Shown in pieces: positions 27,595-43,102 of a stretch of DNA of 64,000 nt (position 1 is the stretch's first letter; the number at the start of each line of letters is the position of its first letter). Source of the stretch: Eledone cirrhosa. Lineage: Eukaryota. The stretch is taken from positions 89,776,001 through 89,840,000 of the forward strand of contig OZ024740.1 in NCBI GenBank assembly GCA_964016885.1. Reading direction: 5' to 3'. A model generated the notes under the pieces. It was not told the DNA's origin. It ran no database searches and was given only the letters and a program-made list of their open reading frames with translations. Position numbers and translations under genes: made by a program.

Positions 27595-27600
<6 letters not shown>
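22432..27600 (+). mobile_element. Near-complete Neptune-like PLE: pLTR, upstream coiled-coil ORF1, RT, Zn-finger linker, GIY-YIG, pLTR
   Basis: Direct repeat 22432-22650 / 27380-27600; INLTS..LLSKCLKFTPTP; FYGIPKVHK; TFDVVNLYSNI; GTAMGTKTAPTYANL; RYLDD; FLDI; RPNCGIC; CSGCREQYIG; multiple frameshifts. Confidence 0.95.
27448..27485 (+). ncRNA. Minimal hammerhead, U3:A8 core variant
   Basis: ttt-TTGAAAA-GCATT-AGA-AATGC-GAAA-CCGG-TA-aaa; ACCGGT palindrome. Confidence 0.62.
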
Positions 27601-27670
<70 letters not shown>

Positions 27671-30600
27671 GTATAAATCGGATTTGTAGTCGCACTATTT
27701 CAGGTAACAAATGCATTGTTTCAGGCATTCACAAAGCATACACTGTTTCGAGAATGTAGTACATTTTCGTCGAGAGTAAACACAAAATTTAAAAATTGTG
27801 ACACCTCGAAAACGACCAAATGCATGTAGCTATATGTATAACATATACCACAACAACGATAAATATAAAGAGCAGGTCTGAGTACAGTGGTGTCGTCAGC
27901 AGTTATGAGAACGGTAATCGTACGTGGCTTCTGAATATCAGAAAAAAATATAGTTCGGTGTCCTTACCTTTGATTTCCCTTCCCTATTTGACTTTATATA
28001 CTTATGTTCTGTAAACAAAATTAAAGTTATATGAAATATTTTAAATATTGTATTCATATACCTGTCCCCAGCATAACTTCAGTTCAGTATAACTTCTTTC
28101 TTCTTTATAATTTAGTTGACATACACCCAACCATACATTTAATCTTGACTGTATATGTCTATGGCAGATGGGAAATAGCCAGAAGGGCGATATATTACAC
28201 TGCTAAAAGGAAACTAGGAAACTTCGTACAAATAGAACATATAACATATTCTTATGTTGGGTAAATCGATGACGAATTGTTCACTTTGCTTTTCTTCATG
28301 CGACTTGTATGAATTTAATCTATTACATGTTTTCTTGCATTTTTTTCTTTTCACAATTGGTATTGATTGTAACTTATACACTGTTTTTTTTATTCATATT
28401 TCTTTGTTATGCGTTCATGTGTATGTTATATTTCATATGTTTATTTGTTATGTAGTAATTAATGTTTTACATTATTGTATACATATATTCAATTATGCTG
28501 AACAAATCTTCAGCCATCATATAATATTGCGTTATATTAAATCTACAATATATTCTACTTTCACTCTTGAGCGCACCAGTCATTATCGTATTTGCATTAT
28601 AATTTGCTTTGAATACATACTCAAAATATTTCTCTACAATTATCCATCCTATATATATTAATAATTCTAAGATGAGCCAACTCGCTTTCCAATTCATTAC
28701 AGTATTGTCTCCTAAACTTTATAGGTGTCTCTCGTCGATATTTCCAGATAATTACAAATATGCTAAAACAAAGATGTTATATAAATATAACTCAATTTCA
28801 TACTGAACAAAACATTCCTAAACCAGCATTTACCATATTAGAATAGTTCAGTAACAATTGTTCGAAATATAGTAACTTGCAATTTAATAAATTGGATTCA
28901 TACCTATTATTAGATCTGATATACACATCATCCTCATTCATCTTCGTGTAATGAATATATTTCTTACTGGATAGTTTTTTTTTACGATAAAATACATACA
29001 GATTCATTTATATAATATTTTTGCCTTAAACATTTTTTTTTCTTAAATGTTATTTCCTTAAATATCTTCCAATATATATTTAAATATTTGTATGCTAATC
29101 ATTTCCCTTGGCATCAAGTAGGTGCTGTTATTCTTTAAAACAAATTTACTCATACAATTATTTTTATTCTCATCACGTTTTATTTTTATCGTCATAAGCT
29201 TTAAATAATTTGTTTCATAAATATGTTGAACATTTTATTGCATTTAGAATTTAACATTTGTTAGACATATTCAGATCTTTTTATACATTATATTTTATAG
29301 TGATATTCTCAATTTTATATTTACCGATTCTAAATTTCGAGAAAATGTATGCAATATAATGTCAAATAGATGATAATTATTTTTATAATAGTACTAACAA
29401 TAGATTTAAATAAATTTTATGTGTTTACACACTTGGTATTTGCATAAATTTATGTATTATTTGATGTATAGTTTCTAAATGTATATCTTTTACACATTTA
29501 TATATATATTTGTTTATATGCATTTTGTCTATTTTAATAAAGTGTTACAGACATTAAATATTCAACACGAATTTGAAAATGTCCATCTTGCGATTATTTT
29601 GTTTAATTTTTAATTTGCCTCTTCACTTATAGCTACATTTAAATGTTTCAGTAAATTTCTCTTGTGTGGCGATTGCATAGATGATGATGATAACGACAGA
29701 AATAATAGTTACTTATTTAAGAAACAATAATTACTAATTTAGGTACAAAAGTACCTAATTAGGGGTAAATGTGAGTGCAGTATACCGACAGCAGATCCTG
29801 GTTTGTTTTTAATGTTATAGAACCCAAAGGGACAAACATAAAATGTTTGTCTGGTCGCATTCGAAATCAGCATATAAAGAACTGGAAAAATACCCTAAAT
29901 ATTTACTATAACTATTTACACATATTACTATTCCAGCAGCATGCCATCTGTTTAATGTGTTTTTTGTATTTTATTTTACTTTAGGCAGAAGCAATTAATG
30001 AGAGTAGATAAACGATTACATCGATCCTTATATTTGCCAGGTAATTTATTTTATAGAAGTGTATAGAAACAGACGCATTTGAAGTAAGAAAATATAGAGA
30101 TAAAAATATTTGAAGTGGCATATTGTTTGATGAATCTCGGATTATGGTAATCAACCATTCTACTTTTAGACATAATAAATGAAATACGAATCATGCATTT
30201 CGATAACTACAAATTTACCATTTTTATTATACCTCAACGATTACGCTTTTATCGTAATGGATGTGAACTTCCTTTTCCAATTAGATTACCTTCCAGTATT
30301 GTTCTTTCTCCATTATACTTGAATCATCTCATTTCAACACGAGTAGTTTCATTCAAAACATCAATAATTCTAGCATTTTCAAAGCAATCAAGTCACTAAC
30401 ATAGAAGTTAAATTACTAATATTTTTTTGACAATTGTTTCATGCCATTTTCAATAGAATCTATATTCTAACTATCGATTTCTCTGTGCACATATATATCT
30501 GTTTCATATCTTACACATTTTCTAGGAGAATTTATTCATCCCATTAGCTCATTTATCTTTAAGACAAAACCTCTTCCCCTTTAAACTTCATTACGTATAT

Positions 30601-33121
30601 AGTTTTTCTCTCGTTCTCATTCTTCATTTACATCCATATATTTCCTCGAACTATTTCAATTTAAGACCTAAATATTAAGATATAATTTGAATTCACAACA
30701 TTTTCATCAGTCGAATACTTTCGTAGCAAAATATTTCTGCAGCTCGTACGTCAGACATTAGAAATGTAATGTTTCAGGATTTGAGTTTGACAAGGGAGTG
30801 CTTATAAATGAGGAGTCAGATTTTTTTGCTCGGTTGCTTTGGCCAAAACCTGACAACGTACATTTCAAAGTTGTTTAAGTGGAGAGCTGCCGAAATCATT
30901 CCTTAACAAAATTCGAGTATTTGACAGATGTAGATGTGAATATAACGCATGGTTATTATTTTACAAACGTTCCGAAGACTGATTTACTTGCCAAATTTGG
31001 ATTTAAATTTGTTTACAGAATTCATTACCCTATATATACAGGATGGCAGGGTGGGTGGAAATTGAATCTCCATGTTTAAAATTACTTATAAATTTTAGCT
31101 AACTGTAACCACTTAGGACGACACCAGTAACCATATATTTATGTACAATGGAGCCACTCATCATGTACATGCACTGTCTATGAGTGATTTGATGTTCTCT
31201 TTCCAGGACGTTCGCTGGGTAGTAGAAGTCTACAGTAATGTACATCAATAATCTTTAATGTAAAGCTATGCAATCATCTTCCAGTTGGGATAGGCGAAGA
31301 AATACTTTTATAGCTCAAAGCCAAAATGAATTGGTGTAATGAATTTATCATTTACTAACAACCATAACGCATGAGGTTCTGATGGAATCAAACGACGATA
31401 TACCCATGCCATATACCTAATTACAAGTAGAGGTGGAAAACGCTGGAACTTATCTAACATATTTTACACTCTATTGCTCTTCTGCCGTTATGGTGTTCAC
31501 AATCAAATATGTTTTATGAATATCGACTAATGATTAATAAAGATTCGAAAGATTTTATATTGTGAGTATAAATCCCCCAAACTTTAAATATGTGCATCAG
31601 TAGATGATTCAGCGTACACAATCCAATCATCATACTACCAACAAAAATGATATGATCATAGATAAATAATATATTACATATTCTTATTTACAACCACGGC
31701 GTGGTAAATTAAATTGTAGAGGTAACTAATCAAATATAGCTATACTTATGTAGAAAATACAGTTGCATAGATGAAGGTATAACTGAAATTAAATCTGTAG
31801 TTATTATTGAATAGAAGCGTCGTTGAATATTATATTACATATGGAATGGGCTATGGCGTGTAGTATAATATAGGTTGTAATCTAACGCAGTTAATTTAAT
31901 GAAATGCTATCATCTGTGTTATGAATGTATATAATTATAAAAATAAGGTGTAGGTGTATTTGTAGTATACCTGAACTATGCCGAGGGTTAAGCAGGAAAT
32001 ACATTGTGGGTGGAATAATCAAATATTTAATTTAGCAAGGCACTAAGAGAGTTAGCGAGAGACAATTAATGATTGATAAATGATATATAATACGTAATAT
32101 ATGGTGAAGAAAATGAATCATTAGCTATCGGTATGGATACCATATTAGTGTCTTGTAAATTACAAACGTATCATTCCAAATAAATTTACAAGAAAAACTA
32201 GACTAGAAGTTCAAATCATACTATTTGAAGAGAAATAGAAGCACAAAACCTACAAGCTAGAGACTTCGTCAGACATACGACTAGTCCATGTGGAAGGAGC
32301 TAACCGTGAACCGTGTTTTGAGGAAGACTCAGTTTCAACAGGTTGGTGGTTTGGTGTTTTTATTACAGCACAAAGCGCTGGCATGTGACACGCTGTCTTT
32401 TATTTATGTTAGGTGGTTTACATATGAGGAGATCTGGTGATTCTGTTTATTAAACGATGATGCAATAGATTAAAGCAATGTGGCGGTTATATCGACTGTT
32501 GGTACCGTAGGTACTCGTTTTGTGTTTGCTATTAAAATTGCTACATTCTTTGACCAAGCCGATTGTAGAAAAAGTGACCACCGCGCATATACGCACTCAC
32601 ATACACACCCACATAATTCAAGACGATAAATACATTCCGTTTCCCCTTGCCAATTCTTCAAATCAGCCTACTTCTTCCTGGACAACCATATTAAACACAC
32701 ATTTTCTGTGTAATGAAACATACATAGACACATATTCACTCTTTCATAGTCACAAACCCGAACACACAGCCACTCCCACAAAATACATATCACAATATAT
32801 ATACTATATATTTATATATATATATATAGAGAGAAAATATAATCAATTTATTCTAAAACATTTCTTTAACAATTTATACAGAAACTTTACACTTATAAGA
32901 ACTGCATATACCCCTATACAGAAAACTTATAATGTTACCGTCACGCCAGTCACTTATGCCACACATTTGATTACATAGACAGTACATTGCAATTCCGTTT
33001 GTCAACAGTCTTGAATTAACTATCGTAACAGTAAGAGCTCAGTCATCGTCTATACGTGTATATAAATAACTATCGACTATATATATAAATAAGTATGCAT
33101 ACGTCGACAAATACATATCCG

Positions 33122-33186
<65 letters not shown>

Positions 33187-33661
33187 TCGCACACACATGT
33201 ATACATATGTATGTATTGTTTATATCGAACATTAATAATAATATATGATCCGTTTGTAAACAAACGAGCTCGATTGGAACATTTGACGGTGACCGATCGT
33301 CACCTGTTTGTTCAACACTGTCTTTGAGGAATAATCAACATGTTTCTTGGCCATTACCCTTCCACAGGATGGTATACCTTTGCCAGTCTGTTGAATGGTT
33401 GAAAATATATACTATATTCTTAAGTATATATCGGTTGAGAGGCCTCATCTTCATACAGATCGTGTTGTGTTTGGCTGTGCCGAATATCAAAAAAAAATAA
33501 AATACGGATTTTATTTCTCCCTCTAGCACAGTTTATACTTAAAGGAAAGTAAGCATAGGTACACACATGCATATGCATAAATATCTGCATATATATATTA
33601 ACACACACATGTATAAATTATTATCAACGTTCGATATATAACATACGTACATATGTATATA

Positions 33662-35542
33662 TATGTTGTAGCTCTGATTCATATGATTCATCGAGCGCTT
33701 GCCGCACATATCGGACGTTGATTTTCGTTAATTCCTGAGCTGAAAACGATTCTCGCTAATTTATCTTTGTATTAATCTCCAGAGTCTAGCTATTGAGCAG
33801 TTAATTTTATTGATTTTATCAGTTACTTATATTGACTGTTGAATAGCTCTGTTATATTTAACTATTCTGTCGAGAGCTTTATTCGATTTGTGATATTTTG
33901 CATTCTCGCAATAATACACAACTGAATCATTCGCTTAATAGAGGTGTTACCTGCCTTGCTGAATCCCACGAGGGGTCAGTAATAGACACACTATCTATAG
34001 CATCTTGGAGCAAAACCCGTTGATAACACGACTTCCTTGTTCATCATCTCACCAGAAGCCCAACATTCTTTATGTAGGCGGACAGTACCTGATTTGGAGT
34101 CACAGAAACCAATACTGAATTTTACCATCAGTCCAGGGTCCGGGAAAGTATCAACACATATATTTTTTTATTGTTTGACCCGAATTACTTGGTCGTTATT
34201 TTTGGCTGTGCGGATGATATGTTTAACCATCATCTCAGTGTATTTGGCCCTTAACGTATGTTGTAGCTCTGATTCATATGATTCATCGAGCGCTTGCCAC
34301 ACATATCGGACGTTGATTTTCGTTAATTCCTGAGCTGAAAACGATTCTCGCTAATTTATATTTGTATTAATCTCCAGAGTCTAGCTATTGAGCAGTTAAT
34401 TTTATTAATTTTTTCAGTTACTTATATTGACTGTTGAATAGCTCTGTTATATTTAACTATTCTGTCGAGAGCTTTATTCGATTTGTGATATTTTGCATTC
34501 TCGCAATAATACACAACTGAATCATTCGCTTAATAGAGGTGTTACCTGCCTTGCTGAATCCCACGAGTGGTCAGTAATAGCCACACTATCTATAGCATCT
34601 TGGAGCAAAAGCCGTTGATAACACGACTTCCTTGTTCATCATCTCACCAGAAGCCCAACATTATTTATGCAGGCGGACAGTACCTGATTTGGAGTCGCAG
34701 AAACCAATACTGGATTTTACCATCAGTCCAGGGTCCGGGAAAGTATCAACACATATATTTTGTTATTGTTTGACCCGAATTACTTGGTCGTTTAGTTTTG
34801 GCTGTGCGGATGAAATGTTTAACCATCATCTCAGTGTGTTTGGCCCTTAACGTATGTTGTAGCTCTGATTCATATGATTCATCGAGCGCTTGCCACACAT
34901 ATCGGACGTTGAATTTCGTTAATTCCTGAGCTGAAATCGATTCTCGCTAATTTATATTTGTATTAATCTCCAGAGTCTAGCTATTGAGCAGTTAATTTTA
35001 TTGATTTTTTCAGTTACTTATATTGACTGTTGAATAGCTCTGTTATATTTAACTATTCTGTCGAGAGCTTTATTCGATTGTGATAATTTGCATTCTCGCA
35101 ATAATACACAACTGAATCATTCGCTTAATAGAGGTGTTACCTCCCTTGCTGAATCCCACGAGGGGTCAGTAATAGCATCTTGGAGCAAACCCGTTGATAA
35201 CACGACTTCCTTGTTCATCATCTCACCAGAAGCCCAACATTCTTTATGTAGACGGACAGTACCTGATTTGGAGTCGCAGAAACCAATACTGGATTTTACC
35301 ATCAGTCCAGGGTCCGGGAAAGTATCAACACATATATTTGTTTTATTGTTTGACCCGAATTACTTGGTCGTTTAGTTTTGACTGTGCGGATGATATGTTT
35401 AACCATCATCTCAGTGTGTTTGGCCCTTAACGTATGTTGTAGCTCTAATTCATATGATTCATCGAGCGCTTGCCACACATATCGGACGTTGATTTTCGTT
35501 AATTCCTGAGCTGAAAACGATTCTCGCTAATTTATATTTGTA
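33662..35542. repeat. Tandem repeat, ~595-bp unit, about 3.2 copies
   Basis: Unit start tatgttgtagctct at 33662, 34257, 34853 and 35433; copies highly similar, third has a small deletion. Confidence 0.95.
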
Positions 35543-35546
35543 TATT

Positions 35547-35577
<31 letters not shown>

Positions 35578-35639
35578 ATACACACCCACACGCACACACA
35601 CATACACACACATACACCCCCCCATATATATATATATAT

Positions 35640-35742
35640 TTGTTTCTACTTTTGGCACAAGGCCAGCAAATACCCAGTACATTACTGGTACTTTATTTTA
35701 TCGACCCCGTAAGGATGAGAGGCAAAGTGAACCTCGACGGGA
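35640..35742 (-). mobile_element. Partial SINE (3' half)
   Basis: ttgtttctacttttggcacaaggccagc..atcgaccccgtaaggatg. Confidence 0.85.
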
Positions 35743-35904
35743 TATATATATATATATAATGATAGTAATACTATTCATATTTATATATATATATTCTATA
35801 CATAATTGTAAATAAAATCAGGGTAATATTGTGTATTACCCAATTACCAGTAGGAAAAGAGGCTCAACCTAAAATATCAGATATAATACGGACCAGAAAT
35901 AACA

Positions 35905-36205
35905 CATATAAAACAATCAACTTTTTGTTTAATCCATTTATTTGCTAACAATCGTTCCTTCCAGACATACGTCCGGATTCATCGGAGCCTATACAATGTT
36001 AAAACGATACTCTTCAATATATTGTATCTGACACTAACGATTATAATTAGTCTTCTCAAGTATAATATAGTTTCATGAATTGTCTAACTATTAGGAATGT
36101 ATTTGTTTTAAATTGTATATATGCTCCCATGAAACCGGTCATATGTCTGGTAGAAACGTCCGTTAGCAATTAAATGCATTAAACGAAATATTGATTGCTT
36201 TCTAT
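35905..36205. repeat. Inverted pair of decayed HHR-bearing pLTR ends
   Basis: 35905-35995 is the inverse of 36115-36205; arms read gct-CCGATGA/CCCATGA-..CCGG..CTGG..-GAAAC-GTCC-GTT-agc. Confidence 0.6.
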
Positions 36206-36239
36206 GTTGTGTGTGTATATATATATATATAAATATAAA

Positions 36240-36300
<61 letters not shown>

Positions 36301-36796
36301 ACGAAGTGTGCAGGTTGGTTTGGTTACTCCGGAGTAATGTAAAATAAATTAAAATATATAAGTCCAATATTTAAAATGTGGCTTCCTTTATTACTGCTAA
36401 TATGACCAAACAGTATACAAAATGAGATTTATTTACAGTCTAACAATTGTTTCACAGATTAAGTTGTTATAAAATTGGTGAACGCTAGAAGCAGTGTCAC
36501 TCAATTTTAAATACGATGTTAGCTCGATCAGATCTTCGGAAACTTATAAAAAAAAAATATAACCGGCAAATTTACAAATTCAAATGATCATTTTGTGTAC
36601 TTTTGACCATGTTATTCTCCACTTTTTTCAATTTTATTACTCCAAGATAAGCTTACATAGGAATACAAGTGAAATCATAAACTCGTTATCTTGGTAAACC
36701 TCTTGTTGAATCAAACAACGCCGTACGCTAAAACTATCCACAATAAGTAGTATTCACAAACTCTAACTGGATTACCTATAACGATATTTTGTCATC

Positions 36797-36886
<90 letters not shown>

Positions 36887-38280
36887 GGATATGTATGTAT
36901 ATAAAGGTGAATACATGAACTTACTGACTCTTTTTATCTGGTATAATTCATTAGAATCAATGTAAATGTTGTTTAATAAAATACATAACATTTAAAATAA
37001 AAAAATAGTAATGTATTATCGGTGAAAATATGTTTTAATTTCCTATCGGAATCAACATATTTGAATATCCCAATTCTATGCCACCAAGAAATAATACATA
37101 AAGTTGTTGTAACACACCATAATATTAATCACGATGGGTAATAAATAATTTCTTTTTTACTGTCACACATATTGTTTTATAATTTCTCACAGAACAATGT
37201 TGTGCTAATATCTATTACTAATTGCTGAACACCCTATGCCCTTCAATAAATCAAAGTATATGTTTTGTATTAATTCATTTCACAATTTAAAGGATAAAAA
37301 GTAACTTATTTTCCACTTGAAAAATTACAATATAAATTTCTAAACCCATACATTACTACGAAACATGTAACAATCCAAAAGAATTCCAACAAATTTTCGC
37401 CGTGCCATTTTAAAAATCTGTCTGATTAAAATAGGTATCTTAAGTTATTAATTAAAAAGTGAGTTTGTAATAAACCTTTCAGTCATGTCTTGTCGTGTGA
37501 TGTCTTAAATATATATCCAATGAAATATTTCTTTTAATTTTAATTCAAAACACATGGTCATATTTTATATTTAAAGGTTGCGAAATCGAAAGCGGTAAAT
37601 AATCATTATAGGCTTCAAATCCAATCGATCATACGCATTTTCACTATTATAAAATACTCTCATCTTAGGAAATGTAACGTATCATTTCTTATATCTAAAT
37701 GTAGATGTATCTAAATATATAACTCTCAGCAATTTACTAATAGGTTAACATGCGGCTGAAAACTATAATTGAAATACTTTGCTAATGTAATACATTTTAG
37801 TTGATTAAAAAGTTTTTCAATGACAAAAGTGCATTATATGTCAAACCATATATTCTTTAATAATATGTGGTTATTGAAAAAGAAGTTCTTGAGTATGTAA
37901 TCATAGTAAACTTTTCAAAATATTTAATTTAATACAAAACAAGAAAGAACGTGAAAATTAAAAATGAAGTAAAGAAATATTAATGTGATCAGTTAATTAA
38001 GATAGACGGTAGGAGTTACTATATATGTGGGATTGGTGTCAGTTATCTAACATTATACGCAATAATTATTTAATTAAACACATTTCAATTTTGCCTATAT
38101 TTATACACACGCACCCACACATGCACATACACACATACACACCCAGCCCCCTCATTTATACACACATACCCCCCCCCCCCACATATATATATATATATAT
38201 AAATATAAGTTAATACGGGTCCAATCGCGGGCAACCACAGTAAGGTACTCAATACATAGCAGTGTATAAATGTTCTAATA

Positions 38281-38383
38281 TAGAAAATGTTCTACAAGAC
38301 TAGCACTGTTTCATTCGTGAGAAATCATCAGAACTTCCTGATGATTTCTCACGAATGAAACAGTTCTAGACATGTAGACATTT

Positions 38384-38388
<5 letters not shown>
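38281..38388. ncRNA. Palindrome made of two divergent hammerhead cores
   Basis: CTGATGA-TTTC-TCAC-GAAT-GAAAC on both strands with almost no spacer; minus copy ends AGTGCTA-GTC. Confidence 0.65.
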
Positions 38389-38433
<45 letters not shown>

Positions 38434-38600
38434 CCAGAAAAACGTTGAAGTTTCCTTTACATGTATTTATGTCTCTATTGTGTCCCGACATGCATATTGA
38501 TCGTTGAAACGTTGGGTATATAGAAGCAACGGCTCTATTTATTTTGGCGTAGACGTGTATGTATGTACCTTTTGAGTACGTAGTCATGCCTACTTTCATG

Positions 38601-38658
<58 letters not shown>

Positions 38659-41151
38659 CGTGTTTAATAAAGCAAATTGTTTGTGCGTGTAGTGTAGCCT
38701 CGTTCATTCCCAGAGTTTTCAAATATTTTCGTACTTGGAAAATAAAATATGTATTTAATAATAATTTTGAACTCTAAAAATAGCTAGAATTATTTGTCTG
38801 TGACGAAGGTCGTTGCACATAATAATATATTATTTAAGCTTTATTTTAATTATAAGAATGCATTTTAGAGGAACGTTTAATATTCTCCACCCTACGTAAT
38901 ATAGCATTAAACAATTCAAAATTTTTATCTTTTAATATCCACTAACCAATCCATTAAATTCGATAAGACATATACAGTAAAAGTATCACTGTAAAATTGG
39001 CTGTATACATGCTATATCACTATAAACGTACATTGCTATATTCTCGCGTACACTTACATGCACATATACATTAACAGGAATATAGTCACTTAAGAGATTA
39101 TGCAGTAAAATGACACAATTTCTCCGTAAATGTATTCGGTAACGACTTAACCCTAAAGTAGTTAATCTCAGGAACCTTCCCATGATTGGTTTCTCTGCTT
39201 TTGTGACATTTACAAGCATAGAGTTTGCAATAGTTAGATGGATTTCCATTTCATAAAGTAGACCATTTAAGGCTTCTACAATTTCTACGATTTAACCAGT
39301 CCAATCATGTAGCATATATAATGCATTTCTTCTTATGTTTATTATAATAATGTTTTTTTAAATATATCTACATAAATCTTCCATTAGGGAAAAAGAGTTT
39401 CATTAACGTATGTATTTGTGTATAATTTTTTCTTTATTTTTCGAATAAAATGTATACAAATATTAAGTATATTGACATAACACAAAATATTTTCTCCGCA
39501 AGAAGTACAAAGCCATTTATATTTTTTGTATTTCTGTATTTAACCCTTTACATATTATAAGCTTACAATGTTTAGGTAATCTATTGCTAAATTGCTGAAT
39601 TTATTGATTGCACATATAGCGACATTGCTTGAAAACTTAGTGCAAACATTAGCACCTTAAATCATATTTATTTAAATAAAATAAATACTGCATATAGTTT
39701 ATTTATTTGGAATAATTTATATAAACATCATATTATATTCTGTAGATCAAAGACGACATGTAAGGGATCGAATATTTTTGGGATGACGAGAAACGTGAAT
39801 CTATAATATATTAAATGGAAGTGTCCGTGGCATATTTCGTTTTCTCCCGTTAATTAAATAGGTTGGATTACTCTGAATAAATAATTAATGAATATATTAT
39901 AATTTATCAAGTACATTTTGTAGCACATGAATAAACATAAGTCATTTAATGTATTGCTTATTTCGAGATATACTTCTTTTAAAGGTTTCAAATTTTAATT
40001 TCCGGTATATTGCCACCACCATTACCTCTCCAATTAACATACATATAGAGATTGAGATAGGGCGAGAAAGAAGGAGAGAGTGTGCGAAGAGAGAGATACA
40101 GACAGATAGAGTGATTATGGGAGAGATATATATAAAGAGTGATAGAGAGAGAGAGAATGAAAGAGAAAGATGAAAAGATTAGGATTATTTCAACACACTG
40201 AAGCGTATGTATATGTGTGTGAATGTGTGTATGTGTATATGCATGCATTTATATATATGAAGTATAACCTTTTCATTTATTATTAACAACACAGTTTAAC
40301 AGTCCTTTTTTTAAAATTCATTTGTTGTTACAGGTTTATTCACATTTGTATAAGAAATATAATAATAGAATGCTCAAATAATAGATTGCTTAAAATACAA
40401 ATAAATATCATACAAATGAAAGGGAAGGGGAAAAGAAAGAGAAAAATCACACAAGCAGATAATACACACCTCTAGGATCACATACAACAAAAGGCTAGCG
40501 AAAGTGGTGGACACACGTTCAGCTACCAGACCAAATGATAGCAATATCTCGAGAAGCACTGGGGCATGTGTCTAATATTTTTGAGGTAAGCTAGCACGTT
40601 CGCTGCACTACCTCGGGTGATGGCGAGGCTCTGGTGCTGGAACAACCAAGCCTCCTCACGGGCAGCACTAGTTACCTCTGTTTGGCGAGCCGCCAGTGAA
40701 GATAAGAAAGTCGCAGTCAGTAACCGACTCCACCAAACCTCTCGAACGCCACTGCCTGGAAAATGTAGTTAGCTGAGAGAACACGGTATTTTAGCATTTT
40801 ATTCCGTTCGGCTGCTGATGCAGTAGCTCTCGCCCTTACCGTTACATCCAGGATAAGGGAAGGCACAAAGAGTCACTAACTGTGACTTCCCAGATAAGGC
40901 ACCTCTTTCTTAACCAGGGACACAGTGTAAAACTTTCAAGTCTTTTCCCATCAATTCTGGACAACCCAGACGCTTCCAGAATTGAGGGGATGTTTGCCTG
41001 GGCCGAAGCTCTTAAGTGGTAATAGGACGGTATGTATATGTCTGCGTGCGTGAGTTTGTCTGCATTTTTAAATTAGAGACGTGTGGGTGTGTGTCATATA
41101 TATATATATGTGTGTGTGTGTATGTGTGCGTATGTGTGTCAAGGTGTTAAG

Positions 41152-41190
<39 letters not shown>

Positions 41191-41349
41191 GAATGAGTGC
41201 ACGCGCGCGCGTGTGTGTGAACCTCTTTACCTTCATTTAAACACACATACATTCACACAAACACCTACACATTGTCTGACGGACATATGGGAATCAGTCA
41301 CTCAAATGTATATCAATGTGAATGGAGTTTCACTGAAGCATGTATAGAT

Positions 41350-41930
41350 GTTCAGGTATTCATTAGTGATTGAAGGCAAGAGGCTGAATTAAGTGCAAGA
41401 ATTGCAAAAGCTGATGCAGTAATGCGCCACATTCAGCATTCAGTAATCCGAATAGATGTATGTGTAAAAGCCAAACTCGATGTCTTCCTGGTATTCCTGC
41501 GAACACATACCTAGGGTGTCGAATCTTGGGTAATGACCGAATGAATACGATTGCAAATACAAGCGTCCAAATGGGGCTCATCCGAAGGGTCTTTGGAGTA
41601 ACTTTATTCAATAAAGTGCATAGCTCGGAGATCTGAGAGTCACTCCAGTTAGAGCCGCTACTTCTCCGAATTGAAAGATCACAACTCTGATATTATGAGC
41701 ATCCGGTTAGAATGTCTCAGGAAAGTATCGCTGGATAGATTTTATATGCAAAACCAGAAGTAGATCTCGAGCAAGATAGTTGGATTACATCCACGAGCTT
41801 GGCTGGTCACACTTTGGGATCCAGCTGGATCAGCTAGAGATGTTTGCTTCTGACAGACTCGCTGGAAGGAGTGGTTGAGGATGACTCTGCCCCCACGACC
41901 CTCTCCGAAATAAGTGGGCGAAGAAAATAT
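41350..41930 (+). mobile_element. RTE-clade LINE 3' fragment (decayed RT C-terminus)
   Basis: EAELSARIAKADAVMR..KAKLDVF..GCESWVMTE..SSEI..LEPLLLRIERSQL..RMSQE. Confidence 0.85.
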
Positions 41931-42394
41931 ATTGTTAATTTACTTTTCAATTAGCATATCATATCTATATACATATATATTTGCATATGAAACCAATATT
42001 CACACTACATATGCTAGCAGAAAACCGCCCGAGGGCAGTTCTTCTGCTAGTAAATATAATGAGAATTATAAGCAACTAGGTATTTGATTTATTTGTTATA
42101 CAATATAAATATAAAATTGGAGAGAATCAAATGCTAACATATATTCAGGTAAACATGTGATGTTCTTAGGAAAGCGTTGGATAAACCACTAAGTAACATA
42201 TTTTCTGCTACAGAATAGAGTAGACAAAATAAATTAAGTAAATAATGGACGTCAAACTGATTAAAGAGAAAGCTTTGAATAAACAACTCAGATATTTAGA
42301 CATGGATTCAAATGTTAGTATTTCTGAAGAAAAACGTGCGTATTAGGAAACAAACACAGTTAAGTATAACACACACACACACACCCACACAAAA

Positions 42395-42852
<458 letters not shown>

Positions 42853-42927
42853 CTTTCACTCGTGTAGGACACCTCGGTTATTATTCATTTTGTAAAAAAA
42901 CATCACTTTCTAATATATATATATATG

Positions 42928-43048
<121 letters not shown>

Positions 43049-43102
43049 CGTTTCTGAATTTATTTAGCAATATTCTTTATCTGAAAACGTGTGTTGAAAC
43101 CG

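Noticed and set aside
27740-27785. Minus-strand CTCGACGA-AAATGT-ACT-ACATT-CTC-GAAACAG
   Set aside because: Core mutated and stems I/III unsupported
28680-29650. Very old LINE-like remnants here and at ~37000-37400, and a hAT-like remnant at ~22080-22290
   Set aside because: Only faint motif echoes (e.g. IYFDLLK); too degraded to call by eye
31200-31420. Possible exon (acceptor-like sites on both strands)
   Set aside because: Frames examined stop within ~35 codons and no recognisable protein
33662-35542. CRISPR-like or rDNA/snRNA array
   Set aside because: No repeat-spacer pattern and no recognisable 5S or snRNA sequence in the unit
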